Part shown: positions 16,554 through 26,500 of the stretch, piece by piece
Layout: each line of letters begins with the position of its first letter
Numbering within the stretch: the first letter of the stretch is position 1
Notes under the pieces: generated by a model
What the model was told of the DNA's origin: nothing
The model's input: only the letters and a program-made list of their open reading frames with translations
Database searches by the model: none
Assembly: GCA_015232575.1 (NCBI GenBank)
Contig: JADFZL010000003.1
Span: 192,001-256,000, forward strand
DNA length: 64,000 nucleotides
Reading direction: 5' to 3'
Source of the DNA: Candidatus Rifleibacteriota bacterium
Lineage (GTDB): Bacteria; Muiribacteriota; Ozemobacteria; Ozemobacterales; Ozemobacteraceae
Position numbers and translations under genes: made by a program

Positions 16554-19235
16554 CTACGCTTTTTCCAGTTTACATGCGCAGACTTTGAATTCCGGGATCT
16601 TTGCTTCCGGGTCGAGTGCATTTATGGTCAGTTTATTGGCAGGGGCCTCTGAAAAATGGAAAGGCACAAAAGCCGTACCCTTGGGAATTCGATCTGTTAC
16701 GAAAGCTTTTGTTGTTATGTTTCCTCTGCGTGTTGTGACTTTTATGTTATCACTGTTAGATATTCCCAGACCTTTGGCATCTTCGACTGAAATCATTACG
16801 TGTGGACCTGCGAGATTATTCAGTCCCTCGGATTTTCTTGTCATGGTTCCGGTGTGGAAGTGCTGTAGAACTCTTCCTGTTGTAAGATAAACCGGATAAT
16901 CATTGTCAGGTATTTCTGCGGGGTTTTTGAATGGAATCGGAAACATTGCACCTTTGCCCCTGGTAAATTTTCCAATATGCAAAACAGGGGTTCCCGGATG
17001 CTCTTTTGTTGGACATGGCCAATGCAGGCCATTTCCAGCAAGCCGTCTGTAATCCATTCCTGCGTAGCTTGGAGTGCACTTTGCTAATTCATTAAAAATA
17101 TCTTCTGCTGAGTTATATTTCCAATTGTGACCCATTTTATTGGCCAGAAGTTGATGAATCTGCCAGTCATCCTTTGCTTCTCCGGGTGGCTCAACAGCCT
17201 TATATAATACTTGTACCCTTCTTTCTGTGTTGGTAAATGTACCAAGCTTTTCCGGCCACGTGGTAGCAGGAAGTACAACATGTGCAAGTTTTGCTGTTTC
17301 TGTAAGGAAAATATCTTGTACAACAAGAAAATCAAGTTTATTAAGACCAGCTTCGACATGATGAAGATCAGGGTCACTAAGCATTGGATTTTCACCCATG
17401 ATGTAGAAAGCCTTCATTTCACCGTTGTAAGCTTTGTCGATTGCTGTTGTAAGGGTCAATCCGTTTTCGGCACTAAGTTGACAACCCCAGAATTTTTCAA
17501 ATTTTTCTTTAATTTCGGGAAGGATAACTTTTTGATACCCTGTGTAAACAACAGGCAAAGCTCCAACATCGCAGGCGCCCTGGACATTTGATTGTCCTCG
17601 GAGAGGGTTAACTCCTCCGCCAATTTTTCCCATATTACCACAAAGCATTTGGAGGTTTGCACACGATTTTACATTATCCACACCTGTGGTATGTTGCGTA
17701 ATACCCATAGAATAGTATATTGCAGCTGTACCTGCTTTTCCAAACATCTGAGCAATTGCCTCAAGAGTTTTTGCAGGAATGCCAGAAATCTGTTCGACAT
17801 ACTCTGGAGAATATTTTTCAACCTCTGCTTTCAGTGCTTCATATCCTTCACATCTTTCGGCAATAAATTCTTTGTCTTCCCAACCGTTCTTTATGATGAC
17901 ATTCATAATTCCGTTAAGAACCGCAACATCTGTCCCAGGTCTTTGTGAAGCGTATATTTTTGCATAATTTGCCATTTTTATTCGTTTGGGATCAATAACA
18001 ATTATCTTCATTCCATCTTTTGCTGCTTTTTTGAGACGCGCACCAATAACCGGGTGTGTTTCGGAGGTATCTGAGCCGATAATAAGTGCAACATCACTTC
18101 TACCTATTCCAGCATAATCATTTGTCATTGCACCCGAACCAAAAGATAATGCCAGACCGGCAACTGTTGATGCATGGCACAATCGGGCACAATGATCAAC
18201 ATTGTTTGTACCGATTACGGTTCTGATGAATTTTTGAAAAGTATAGTTTTCTTCATTCGTTACTTTAGCGGATGAAAAGCCCATTATTGAGTTTGCACCA
18301 TTCTTTTGCTTAATATCAGTTAGCCTCGTTGCAATTATATCAAGAGCTTCATCCCAGGAGGCTTTTCTGAATGATCCGTCGTCAGTTTTGATCAGTGGAG
18401 TTGTCAATCTATCCTTATGATCAACAAAATCGTAGCCAAAACGTCCCTTTACACACAGCATACCGTTGTTAGACGGTGAGCCTTCCAAACCATTTACACG
18501 AACGATTTTGTTCTGTTTTGCATCAACATGAATTTCCATCTGACATCCAACACCGCAATAAGGGCAGACGCTGACGACTTTTTTTGTGTCCCAGTAACGC
18601 GCCATTCCTTTGGCTTTATTTTCTGTTATTGCACCCACGGGACAAATTTGAGAACATTCACCACACTGAACACAACTAGAATCACCCATTTTCTTGTCGT
18701 CATCAAAAATGACTTCTGTTCTGTGTCCCCTGTATCCAAAATTCAAAACATCGTTTGTAACAGTATTTTGACAGGCAGAAACACATCTTCCACAAGCGAT
18801 GCATTTGTTGCGATTAACCTGAAGAAATTCGGAACTATCATCAATATTCGGTTCAAAATCTGCATAATTCAGTGATGGCTTTTCAATGCCGAGATAATAA
18901 GCCGCATCCTGAAGTTCGCACTTTCCATTTTGCTGGCAGGCGATACAATCATGCGTTCCATTCGAAAGTAGAAGATCAATAACAAGTTTCTGCCCTTCCA
19001 AAGCTTTTTGTGATTTTGTCTGAATATTCATTCCTTCTTTAACAATCACAGAGCAGGATGTCTGAAGTCCTTTCATTCCTTCAACTTCCACGACACATGC
19101 ACGACATTTCCCTGCAACGCCCACCTTTTCGTGATAGCATAGAGAGGGAATATAAACTCCGTTTTTTCTTGCTGCCAGAAGAATGGTTTGTCCATCTTCA
19201 ACATTCAGTTTTTTTCCATTAATGAAAATTTGCAT
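16554..19235 (-). CDS. fdhA: Formate dehydrogenase catalytic subunit, Cys-containing paralogue (N-terminal 2Fe-2S/4Fe-4S NuoG-like module + Mo/W-bisPGD domain)
   Basis: 893 aa. N-terminal ferredoxin-like Cys clusters and the molybdopterin oxidoreductase core. The active-site segment reads VDHCARLCHASTVAGL, with Cys where the paralogue has UGA. RBS GGAGGAA. Confidence 0.85.
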   Translation of the reverse strand: MQIFINGKKLNVEDGQTILLAARKNGVYIPSLCYHEKVGVAGKCRACVVEVEGMKGLQTSCSVIVKEGMNIQTKSQKALEGQKLVIDLLLSNGTHDCIACQQNGKCELQDAAYYLGIEKPSLNYADFEPNIDDSSEFLQVNRNKCIACGRCVSACQNTVTNDVLNFGYRGHRTEVIFDDDKKMGDSSCVQCGECSQICPVGAITENKAKGMARYWDTKKVVSVCPYCGVGCQMEIHVDAKQNKIVRVNGLEGSPSNNGMLCVKGRFGYDFVDHKDRLTTPLIKTDDGSFRKASWDEALDIIATRLTDIKQKNGANSIMGFSSAKVTNEENYTFQKFIRTVIGTNNVDHCARLCHASTVAGLALSFGSGAMTNDYAGIGRSDVALIIGSDTSETHPVIGARLKKAAKDGMKIIVIDPKRIKMANYAKIYASQRPGTDVAVLNGIMNVIIKNGWEDKEFIAERCEGYEALKAEVEKYSPEYVEQISGIPAKTLEAIAQMFGKAGTAAIYYSMGITQHTTGVDNVKSCANLQMLCGNMGKIGGGVNPLRGQSNVQGACDVGALPVVYTGYQKVILPEIKEKFEKFWGCQLSAENGLTLTTAIDKAYNGEMKAFYIMGENPMLSDPDLHHVEAGLNKLDFLVVQDIFLTETAKLAHVVLPATTWPEKLGTFTNTERRVQVLYKAVEPPGEAKDDWQIHQLLANKMGHNWKYNSAEDIFNELAKCTPSYAGMDYRRLAGNGLHWPCPTKEHPGTPVLHIGKFTRGKGAMFPIPFKNPAEIPDNDYPVYLTTGRVLQHFHTGTMTRKSEGLNNLAGPHVMISVEDAKGLGISNSDNIKVTTRRGNITTKAFVTDRIPKGTAFVPFHFSEAPANKLTINALDPEAKIPEFKVCACKLEKA

Positions 19236-19262
19236 AAATTCCTCCAGTATTGTTATTTAATA

Positions 19263-19305
19263 ATGAAAAAAGACAAAACGGCATTAAGCATGCAGTTTTG
19301 TCTTT
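19263..19305 (-). promoter_or_regulatory. Terminator-like hairpin in the 5' leader of fdhA(Cys), ~30 nt upstream of its RBS (possible attenuator)
   Basis: The minus-strand RNA reads AAAGACAAAAC-ugcaugcuuaaugcc-GUUUUGUCUUUUUUCAUUAUU, an 11-bp stem plus U-run. The upstream ~600 nt is non-coding. Confidence 0.45.
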
Positions 19306-19912
19306 AAATTTTTTTGACAAAAAAGAACTACAAATACGAAAAAGTATTACTTTTTGTTTATTGGCGAGACCCGCCGTTTCGATAAGGTGATTCATAGCTT
19401 ACACCTTATAAAAACAGCATTTTTCAAGAACAACCTTACATTATTATTATGAAACATTTATATTGTACACAGAACAAAAGATTGAAGACATTAAAGTTAC
19501 CAGCGCAGAGGAGAGGTAACCGGTAATGATCTTTCCAATTTATTGTTGTCGCCTGCTTTACTAAGTTAAAACCTCTTATTAACTGAAATCTCTTTAATAG
19601 AATCGCAATTTTCATATTGTATAAACAGATTCAAAAGTGTATGTACGAATTTTATAACCCGAATTTACGGAAAAGTCAAATTATCTGATCATCTTTTCAT
19701 GCAATTCGTATTACCACATTCCCTGTTACAGGTATCATTGATTCATCAAATAATTCAATCTGGAAAAAACTTTTTATAAACCTATCATGTAGTTCGTCAG
19801 ATTGTGCCTGAGACCGCGTTAGAAGAAGATTGTTGTACTCTACGGCTGAAAAGGTATTCTAAATAACCCATGATGATAGAAACTCTGAATAAAAAATTAA
19901 GCATTTAATTGA

Positions 19913-19950
19913 AAAAAACACAGGAAGTGCTTTCCTTCCTGTGTTTTTTA
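19913..19950. terminator. Bidirectional intrinsic terminator downstream of fdhA(Sec)
   Basis: AAAAAACACAGGAAG-tgcttt-CTTCCTGTGTTTTTT. Confidence 0.65.
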
Positions 19951-19971
19951 AACTAATGGCTAATGAAAATA

Positions 19972-22656
19972 CTATGCTTTTTCCAGTTTACATGCGCAGA
20001 CCTTGTATTCCGGTATTTTTGCTTCCGGATCAAGTGCGTTAATGGTTAGTTTGTTGGCAGGAGCTTCGATGAAGTGGAAAGGCATAAAAGCAGTTCCTTT
20101 AGGAATTCGCTTTGTAACGAAAGCCTTAGTGGTAACGCTGCCGCGGCGGGTTGTTACTTTAACGGTTCCACTGTTTGAAACGCCTAGTTCAACGGCATCT
20201 TCTACTGAAATCATTACATGAGGTCCGGCAAGATTATTCAATCCTTCGGATTTTCTTGTCATGGTTCCGGTGTGGAAGTGCTGTAGAATTCTTCCGGTTG
20301 TCAGATAAACCGGATAGTCTTTGTCGGGTAATTCAGCGGGATCTTTGAATGGAATTGGGAATAATGTCCCTTTTCCCTTGGTGAATTTACCAATATGAAG
20401 AACAGGAGTACCAGGGTGTTCTTTTGTTGGACATGGCCAATGCAGACCTTTTCCTTCAAGTCTTTTGTAATCTAATCCGGCATAGCTCGGAGTGCATTTG
20501 GTCAATTCATCAAAGATATCTTCTGCGGTATTATATTTCCAGTTGTGACCCATTTTATTGGCCAGAAGTTGATGAATCTGCCAGTCATCTTTTGCTTCCC
20601 CGGGTGGTTCAACGGCTTTGTGCAACAATTGTACACGGCGTTCAGTATTAGTGAAGGTACCAAGTTTTTCGGGCCATGTACTGGCAGGAAGTACAACATG
20701 TGCCATTTTAGCTGTTTCCGTAAGGAAAATGTCTTCGACAACCAGGAAATCAAGCTTTTTGAGGGCTTCTTCAACATGGTGAAGATCTGGATCACTCAGC
20801 ATCGGATTTTCACCCATAATGTAGAATGACTTTACTTCTCCCTTGCCAGCTTTGTCTATGGCAACTGTAAGCGTTAATCCATTTTCAGCACTGAGCTGAC
20901 AACCCCAGAACTTTTCGAACTTTTCCTTGATTTCAGGAAGTGTAACTTTCTGATAAGCAGTGTAAACGACTGGAAGTCCGCCAACGTCACATGCGCCCTG
21001 GACGTTTGACTGTCCACGCAGCGGATTAACACCACCACCAACTTTACCCATATTGCCACAAATCATTTGCAGATTTGCACAAGATTTAACATTGTCAACA
21101 CCAGTGGTGTGCTGGGTAATGCCCATTGCGTAATAAATCGCTGCTGACTTTGCTTTTCCAAACATTTCTGCAATTGCTTCGAGGGTTTTTGCCGGGATAC
21201 CAGAAATCTTCTCAACGTGCTCAGGAGTGTATTTTTCTACTTCTGCTTTCAACGCTTCAAAACCTTCACATCTTTCAGCGATGAATTCTTTGTCTTCCCA
21301 GCCATTCTTGATGATTACATGCATAATTCCGTTAAGAACAGCAACATCTGTACCTGGTCTCTGAGCGGCATAGATTTTGGCGTAATCTGCCATTTTAATT
21401 TGTTTGGGATCAATAACAATTATTTTCAACCCATGTTTTGATGCCTTTTTCAAGCGGGCAGCAATTACCGGATGGGCTTCAGATGTATCGGAACCAATTA
21501 TTAGAGCAACTTCACTTTTACCAACTCCTGCGATATCATTTGTCATAGCTCCAGAACCAAAAGATGCGGCCAGACCGGCCACAGTGGAGCTGTGTCATAA
21601 TCGCGCACAGTGATCGACGTTATTCGTCCCTATCACTGTGCGAAAGAACTTTTGAAAAGTGTAGTTTTCTTCGTTTGTAACTTTTGCTGAAGAAAAACCC
21701 ATTAAAGAATTTGGACCATGTTTTTGTTTAATTTCAGAAAACTTTGTCGCTACTAATTCAATTGCTTCATCCCATGAAGCTTTTCTGAAAGAGCCATCAT
21801 TGTTTCTGATTAAAGGTGTAGTAAGTCTTTCCTTGTGATCTACAAAGTCATATCCAAAGCGGCCTTTTACACAAAGCATACCGTAATTGGATGGGGCGCT
21901 TTCAACGCCGTTGACCCGGACAATCTTGTTGATTTTCCGGTCGACATGAATTTCCATCTGGCAACCTACACCACAATAAGGACAAACTGAAGTCACTTTG
22001 TCAGTTTCCCAGTAACGCGCCATTCCTTTTGCTTTTTTCTCAGTTATTGCGCCAACTGGACAAATCTGAGAACATTCACCACACTGGACACAGGTGGAAT
22101 CACCCATCTTCTTGTCATCATCAAAAATGACTTCAGTGTTGTGTCCTCTGTAACCAAAATTCAAAACATCGTTTGTAACAGTATTCTGACATGCAGAAAC
22201 GCATCTTCCACAAGCGATGCACTTGTTTCGATCGACCTGAATAAATTCTGAGCTGTCATCAAGATTCGGTTCAAAATCAGCATAGTTCAATGAAGGTTTT
22301 TCAATGCCAAGATAATATGCGGCATCCTGAAGTTCGCACTTGCCGTTTTGCTGACAGGCAATACAATCGTGCGTTCCATTAGAAAGCAGAAGATCAATAA
22401 CAAGTTTCTGACCATCCACAGCTTTCTGGGATCTCGTCTGAATCTTCATTCCCTCTTTCACAATTACTGAACAGGATGTCTGAAGACCTTTCATCCCTTC
22501 AACCTCTACTACGCAGGCTCGGCATTTCCCTGCCACGCCAACCTTCTCATGGTAACAAAGAGAAGGAATATAAATTCCATTTTTCCTTGCGGCCTGAAGA
22601 ATGGTTTGCCCTTCTTCAGCCTGCAATTGCTTGTCATTGATGGTAATTAGCATCAA
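19972..22656 (-). CDS. fdhA: Formate dehydrogenase catalytic subunit, selenocysteine-containing (UGA-Sec at 21597..21595); the track shows it as two ORFs
   Basis: ORFs 21595..22656 and 19972..21582 are in the same frame, separated only by TGA. The joined translation VDHCARL-U-HSSTVAGLAAS aligns with the Cys paralogue's VDHCARL-C-HASTVAGL. A SECIS-like structure follows the UGA. Confidence 0.85.
21541..21594 (-). ncRNA. SECIS-like stem-loop immediately 3' of the fdhA UGA
   Basis: The RNA reads CACAG-CUCCA-CUGUG, then a 7-bp stem AGCUCCA...UGGAGCU enclosing GGCC-GGUCU-GGCC. The equivalent region of the Cys paralogue lacks this complementarity. Confidence 0.5.
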
Positions 22657-22763
22657 TCCCTCCTTTGAAGAATTTTCAAAAATTCACCTGTAAGTTATAA
22701 AATCAATATTTACCAGCTTAAAGAATAATTCTAACGCAATTTCGACATCGATCACCTGTTCGC

Positions 22764-23450
22764 TTAGGATATACAGCCTGTCAGATCAGATTTCGAAAGA
22801 GCATATTTAAAAAATACTGACCTTGTGTTAAAAGAACCGCTATCTGAATTATCGACTGCAAAATTATAATCTTGTGGTACATTTATATTGAAAAGTATTT
22901 TTTCCCAGTCCATGTCAGAATTGCGAGCATCATATTCTTTGACTGAAACTTCAGAAAAAATAGACCTGATTGAAAACAATCCTGCACTTATAGCTTTATG
23001 CGTTGCAGGGAGACAATTCGTTGAATAAAGCGAAAACAATGGATTCAAACCACCGATAGTTCTTGGAATCACAACATCCATTTTTTCAGAAATACTCAGA
23101 AGAAAGGACGCAGCAGATTCTGAAATAAATGGCATGTCACAACCTGCAAGAAGAGCATAATCAGTATTTACATGATCAAGCCCGGTCATAAGCCCTCCCA
23201 GAGGTCCAGTGCAGAGGCGATCTTCAATGAAGTTAAAACCATCATTTTCTGGAAACTTTTCTCCTTCTGGAAAGCCAACAATATGAACTCTCTGGGTAAA
23301 ACAGGCAAGTTTCTTTGCGACATATAACCACATAGGAAAGCCTTGCCAGGACAGGAACTGTTTTTTTCTCCCCATTCTGATACTTTGTCCACCGACAAGC
23401 AAAAGTGCTTCAATTGGCAATCGGCAGTTTTTTTCATTTGTATCAGTCAC
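22764..23450 (-). CDS. mobA: Molybdenum cofactor guanylyltransferase MobA-like
   Basis: LLVGGQSIRMG motif typical of MobA. 228 aa. Confidence 0.7.
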   Translation of the reverse strand: MTDTNEKNCRLPIEALLLVGGQSIRMGRKKQFLSWQGFPMWLYVAKKLACFTQRVHIVGFPEGEKFPENDGFNFIEDRLCTGPLGGLMTGLDHVNTDYALLAGCDMPFISESAASFLLSISEKMDVVIPRTIGGLNPLFSLYSTNCLPATHKAISAGLFSIRSIFSEVSVKEYDARNSDMDWEKILFNINVPQDYNFAVDNSDSGSFNTRSVFFKYALSKSDLTGCIS

Positions 23451-23533
23451 TTGTTTTGTCCATCACTTTAATATTTCGAGTTACAGAAAATTCTAACATA
23501 ATCAATAATTAGTGTCAAAAAAGAACCCGGAGC

Positions 23534-24331
23534 TCATGAAACGCGCCATGAATGTGTATAAACGTTGAACCGTTCTCCTCTTGTAAAACCAATGGTAGTA
23601 AGATTAAGTGAATCAGCAAGCTGCAATGCTCCGGAAGTTGGTGCTGAAGGAGAAATTAGTATGGGAAATTTACCTCTGACCGCTTTTGTAACAATTTCTG
23701 TGCTGATTCTTCCTGTTTCCAGCATTATCGCTTTTGAATCTGATGGCCATCTGTTTTGCAGTTGCCACCCCAGAACCTTATCAACAGCATTGTGTCTGCC
23801 TATATCATCACAGACGAAAAGAATGTTATCGTTTTCAGCAATGGCAGCTGAGTGAACTCCGCCCGTTTTCCTGAAAGTAGATGATGCATTCTGAAGTTTT
23901 TTAACCAGTGAAAGAACTACATCTGAAGATATTCTTACATCAGATTCTATTTTCTGAAAAAATTTTGAATATATCGGAGAAACGGTAGTTAAACATCTAC
24001 CACAGCCTGTTGCGACAGATCGTACTGAATTAAAAAGATTTCCCTGTAAGCCTTCTTTCAGTATAATCTCAATCGAATTTGTCCGTTCGGAATAATTAAC
24101 ACTGTTAACGTCGCTCAAATTTTCTATTATACATTCACTGAAAAGAAATCCCAGTGCAAGCTGTTCTATGTAAGTCGGATTATATATAAGACGTGCAATT
24201 TCATTTCCGTTTACAAAAACAGCTAAAATACTTTCTTTTATTATCAGATCATCAATTTGAGAAAATTTTCCATTTTCAAATTTTTTTGCCTGATAATTCT
24301 CTATTGCAAATTCACTGCATTTTTCAACCAT
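23534..24331 (-). CDS. fdhD: Formate dehydrogenase accessory sulfurtransferase FdhD
   Basis: FdhD family signature (GGVHSAA...DIGRHNAVDK). Confidence 0.8.
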   Translation of the reverse strand: MVEKCSEFAIENYQAKKFENGKFSQIDDLIIKESILAVFVNGNEIARLIYNPTYIEQLALGFLFSECIIENLSDVNSVNYSERTNSIEIILKEGLQGNLFNSVRSVATGCGRCLTTVSPIYSKFFQKIESDVRISSDVVLSLVKKLQNASSTFRKTGGVHSAAIAENDNILFVCDDIGRHNAVDKVLGWQLQNRWPSDSKAIMLETGRISTEIVTKAVRGKFPILISPSAPTSGALQLADSLNLTTIGFTRGERFNVYTHSWRVS

Positions 24332-24357
24332 TACATGAAGCCCTTGTCGTTAAGGTT

Positions 24358-24402
24358 TTCCCCTCTCAAGCTGCCTAATGGTGAGCTTTCTTGAGAGGGG
24401 AA
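24358..24402 (-). other. Perfect 13-bp inverted repeat (TTCCCCTCTCAAG...CTTGAGAGGGGAA) between fdhB and fdhD
   Basis: Read directly. There is no U-run, so it is more likely an intra-operon stabiliser or processing hairpin than a terminator. Confidence 0.5.
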
Positions 24403-24413
24403 TGTGAAAATAC

Positions 24414-26132
24414 TTATTTAATCAATGCTTCAAATTCATGTCTGAACTTTTGGACCATCGCTTCGATTGGCATTGCAAAAGCATCACCAAGCGGACATAG
24501 AGTAAGCCCTTTTATTTTTCCGCACATTTTTAGAATTGTGTCAATATCAGACTTTGAGCCGTTACCATGAAGAATTCTCTTGATAAGAGCTTTTACTGTG
24601 CTGGAACCTTCGCGACATGGTGTGCATTGACCGCAGGATTCGTGTGCATAGAATTCAATAGTGCGATATGCAACTTCGGGAATCGAAACAGTATCATTAA
24701 TAACCATGATTCCGCCAGAACCAAGCATTGTTCCTGCCTTCTGGCAACTGTCATAATCCATCTTCAATTCGTTAATTTCGGAAGCAGTCAAGATCGGTAC
24801 AGAAAGACCACCAACGATTACACCTTTAATTTTGCCTTTTACTCCGCCTGCTGCATCAAGAATTTTCTTAAGCGGTGTTCCAAGTGGGAATTCAAATGCT
24901 CCCGGTTTATTTACATGGCCACTTACACCATAAATTTTGGGGCCGTAATTACCGACAGTTCCGATCTTTTTGAATTCATCTGCGCCTTTTTCAATGATAA
25001 CCGGTACCAGAGCCAAAGATTCGACATTGTTGATAATGGTTGGACATCCATATAGGCCCTGAATTGCAGGGAAAGGTGGCTTGAGTCTTGGATTTCCACG
25101 ATTTCCTTCAAGGGATTCCATAAGCGCGGTTTCATCACCACAAACATAAGATCCTGCGCCTTTGTGAACTATAATTTCAACGTGCTTCAATAATCCGGCA
25201 TCTTTTGCCTGTTTAACTGCTTTTTCAAGAATATCGGCTATCCACCTGAATTCGCCACGTATGTATATGAAAGATTTTTTTGAACCTATAGCGTATGCTG
25301 ATATAGCGATGCCTTCAATAAGAAGATGCGGATCATATTCCATTATCTGTCGATCTTTGAATGTGCCCGGCTCTCCTTCATCTGCGTTGCAAATCAAATA
25401 AACTGGTTTTGTGTTATTCTTTGGAAGAAAGCTCCATTTCAAGCCTGTCGGAAAACCTGCTCCACCTCGACCTCTAAGCTGTGCATCTTTTACCATGGAA
25501 ACAATTTCAGCGGGTTCAATCGTCAGGGCTTTTTTCAAAGCCTCATATCCGCCATTTTTTTGATATACAGCCAAGTCAGTTGCTTTCTTATTTCCGCGAT
25601 TTTTAAGAAGGACATTACATTCAGATGCAAAAACCGATTCATCAACCTTTTCAGGGACTTTTCCCTTCCTGAGTTCTGCGATGATTTTATCAATTTTTTC
25701 GGTTGTCATGTTTTCATAGTAGATATCATTGATTTGTACAACCGGGCATGTCCCGCATGAGCCCAAATCCTGAACTTCTGTCAAAGTAAAAAGTCCGTCA
25801 GAAGTTGTTTCTCCGGGTTTTATTCCAAGTGAAGTCTTGAGGTGATTTAAGATTTTGTCGGAACCAGCCAGAAATGCAGGAATGTTGACATCAACCTGAA
25901 TATGAAATTTTCCGATTGGTTTGGTATTAAACATTGTGTAAAAAGTGGCAACCCCAAACGCTTTTCCTTCTGTAACGCCAATCTGGGTTGCAACTTCCTG
26001 TATCATTTCAGCTGACAGATGATTTCCGTTATCTCTCTGTGCAAGATCTAAAGCCGGTATCAATGCAGAAATACGGCTTGGGTAGCTATTTGCAATTGAA
26101 TCTATCTTTTCTCTAACGCTTGTATTCATCAA
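24414..26132 (-). CDS. fdhB: Formate dehydrogenase NAD(P)H-binding subunit (fused NuoE-like thioredoxin-like 2Fe-2S + NuoF-like FMN/NAD/4Fe-4S)
   Basis: 572 aa with NuoE-like N-terminal and NuoF-like core motifs (GRGGAGFPTG, CGQCTPCREG). Confidence 0.8.
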   Translation of the reverse strand: MMNTSVREKIDSIANSYPSRISALIPALDLAQRDNGNHLSAEMIQEVATQIGVTEGKAFGVATFYTMFNTKPIGKFHIQVDVNIPAFLAGSDKILNHLKTSLGIKPGETTSDGLFTLTEVQDLGSCGTCPVVQINDIYYENMTTEKIDKIIAELRKGKVPEKVDESVFASECNVLLKNRGNKKATDLAVYQKNGGYEALKKALTIEPAEIVSMVKDAQLRGRGGAGFPTGLKWSFLPKNNTKPVYLICNADEGEPGTFKDRQIMEYDPHLLIEGIAISAYAIGSKKSFIYIRGEFRWIADILEKAVKQAKDAGLLKHVEIIVHKGAGSYVCGDETALMESLEGNRGNPRLKPPFPAIQGLYGCPTIINNVESLALVPVIIEKGADEFKKIGTVGNYGPKIYGVSGHVNKPGAFEFPLGTPLKKILDAAGGVKGKIKGVIVGGLSVPILTASEINELKMDYDSCQKAGTMLGSGGIMVINDTVSIPEVAYRTIEFYAHESCGQCTPCREGSSTVKALIKRILHGNGSKSDIDTILKMCGKIKGLTLCPLGDAFAMPIEAMVQKFRHEFEALIK

Positions 26133-26500
26133 GAATATTCTCCTGTTAAAATTCTGCCAATTCGAAAAAAAAGAACAAAGTTAAACCCATTGATTTTCAT
26201 TCACCACTCAGCATAATAATAATGAAAATAACTTTGTGAAATTTATCATAAATTGGATATTTTTTCTATCAGTTTCTTACATATTATTTTTTTTCCCGAT
26301 ATATCCCTTATATTTTTATTGACAAATACAAATGTTTCGTGTGAAAATACAAAAATAATACCATTCAGCAAAAATGATTGAAAACAGTGAAAATGCCTTT
26401 TGCACAATTATTTTTAGGTGATATCAGCACCTGAGAAAAAGTGCGAATTTCGTTTTTGTTTTTTGAAATAAAAGAAAACACAAAAAGGAGTTTTGCAGGT

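Noticed and set aside
17084-21441. Numerous 60-150-aa ORFs on the strand opposite the fdhA genes (e.g. 17211..17591, 20545..20829, 21217..21441) and similar antisense ORFs inside selB, selA, fdhB and the adhesin gene
   Set aside because: They fully overlap strongly supported long genes on the other strand, and they lack RBS signals and recognisable protein features.
19972-22656. Apparent split of fdhA into two ORFs (21595..22656 and 19972..21582), which could be read as a frameshift or nonsense pseudogene
   Set aside because: Both ORFs are in the same frame, and the only interruption is a TGA at the exact position of the Cys/Sec Mo-ligand. A SECIS-like hairpin follows it. This is Sec read-through, not decay.
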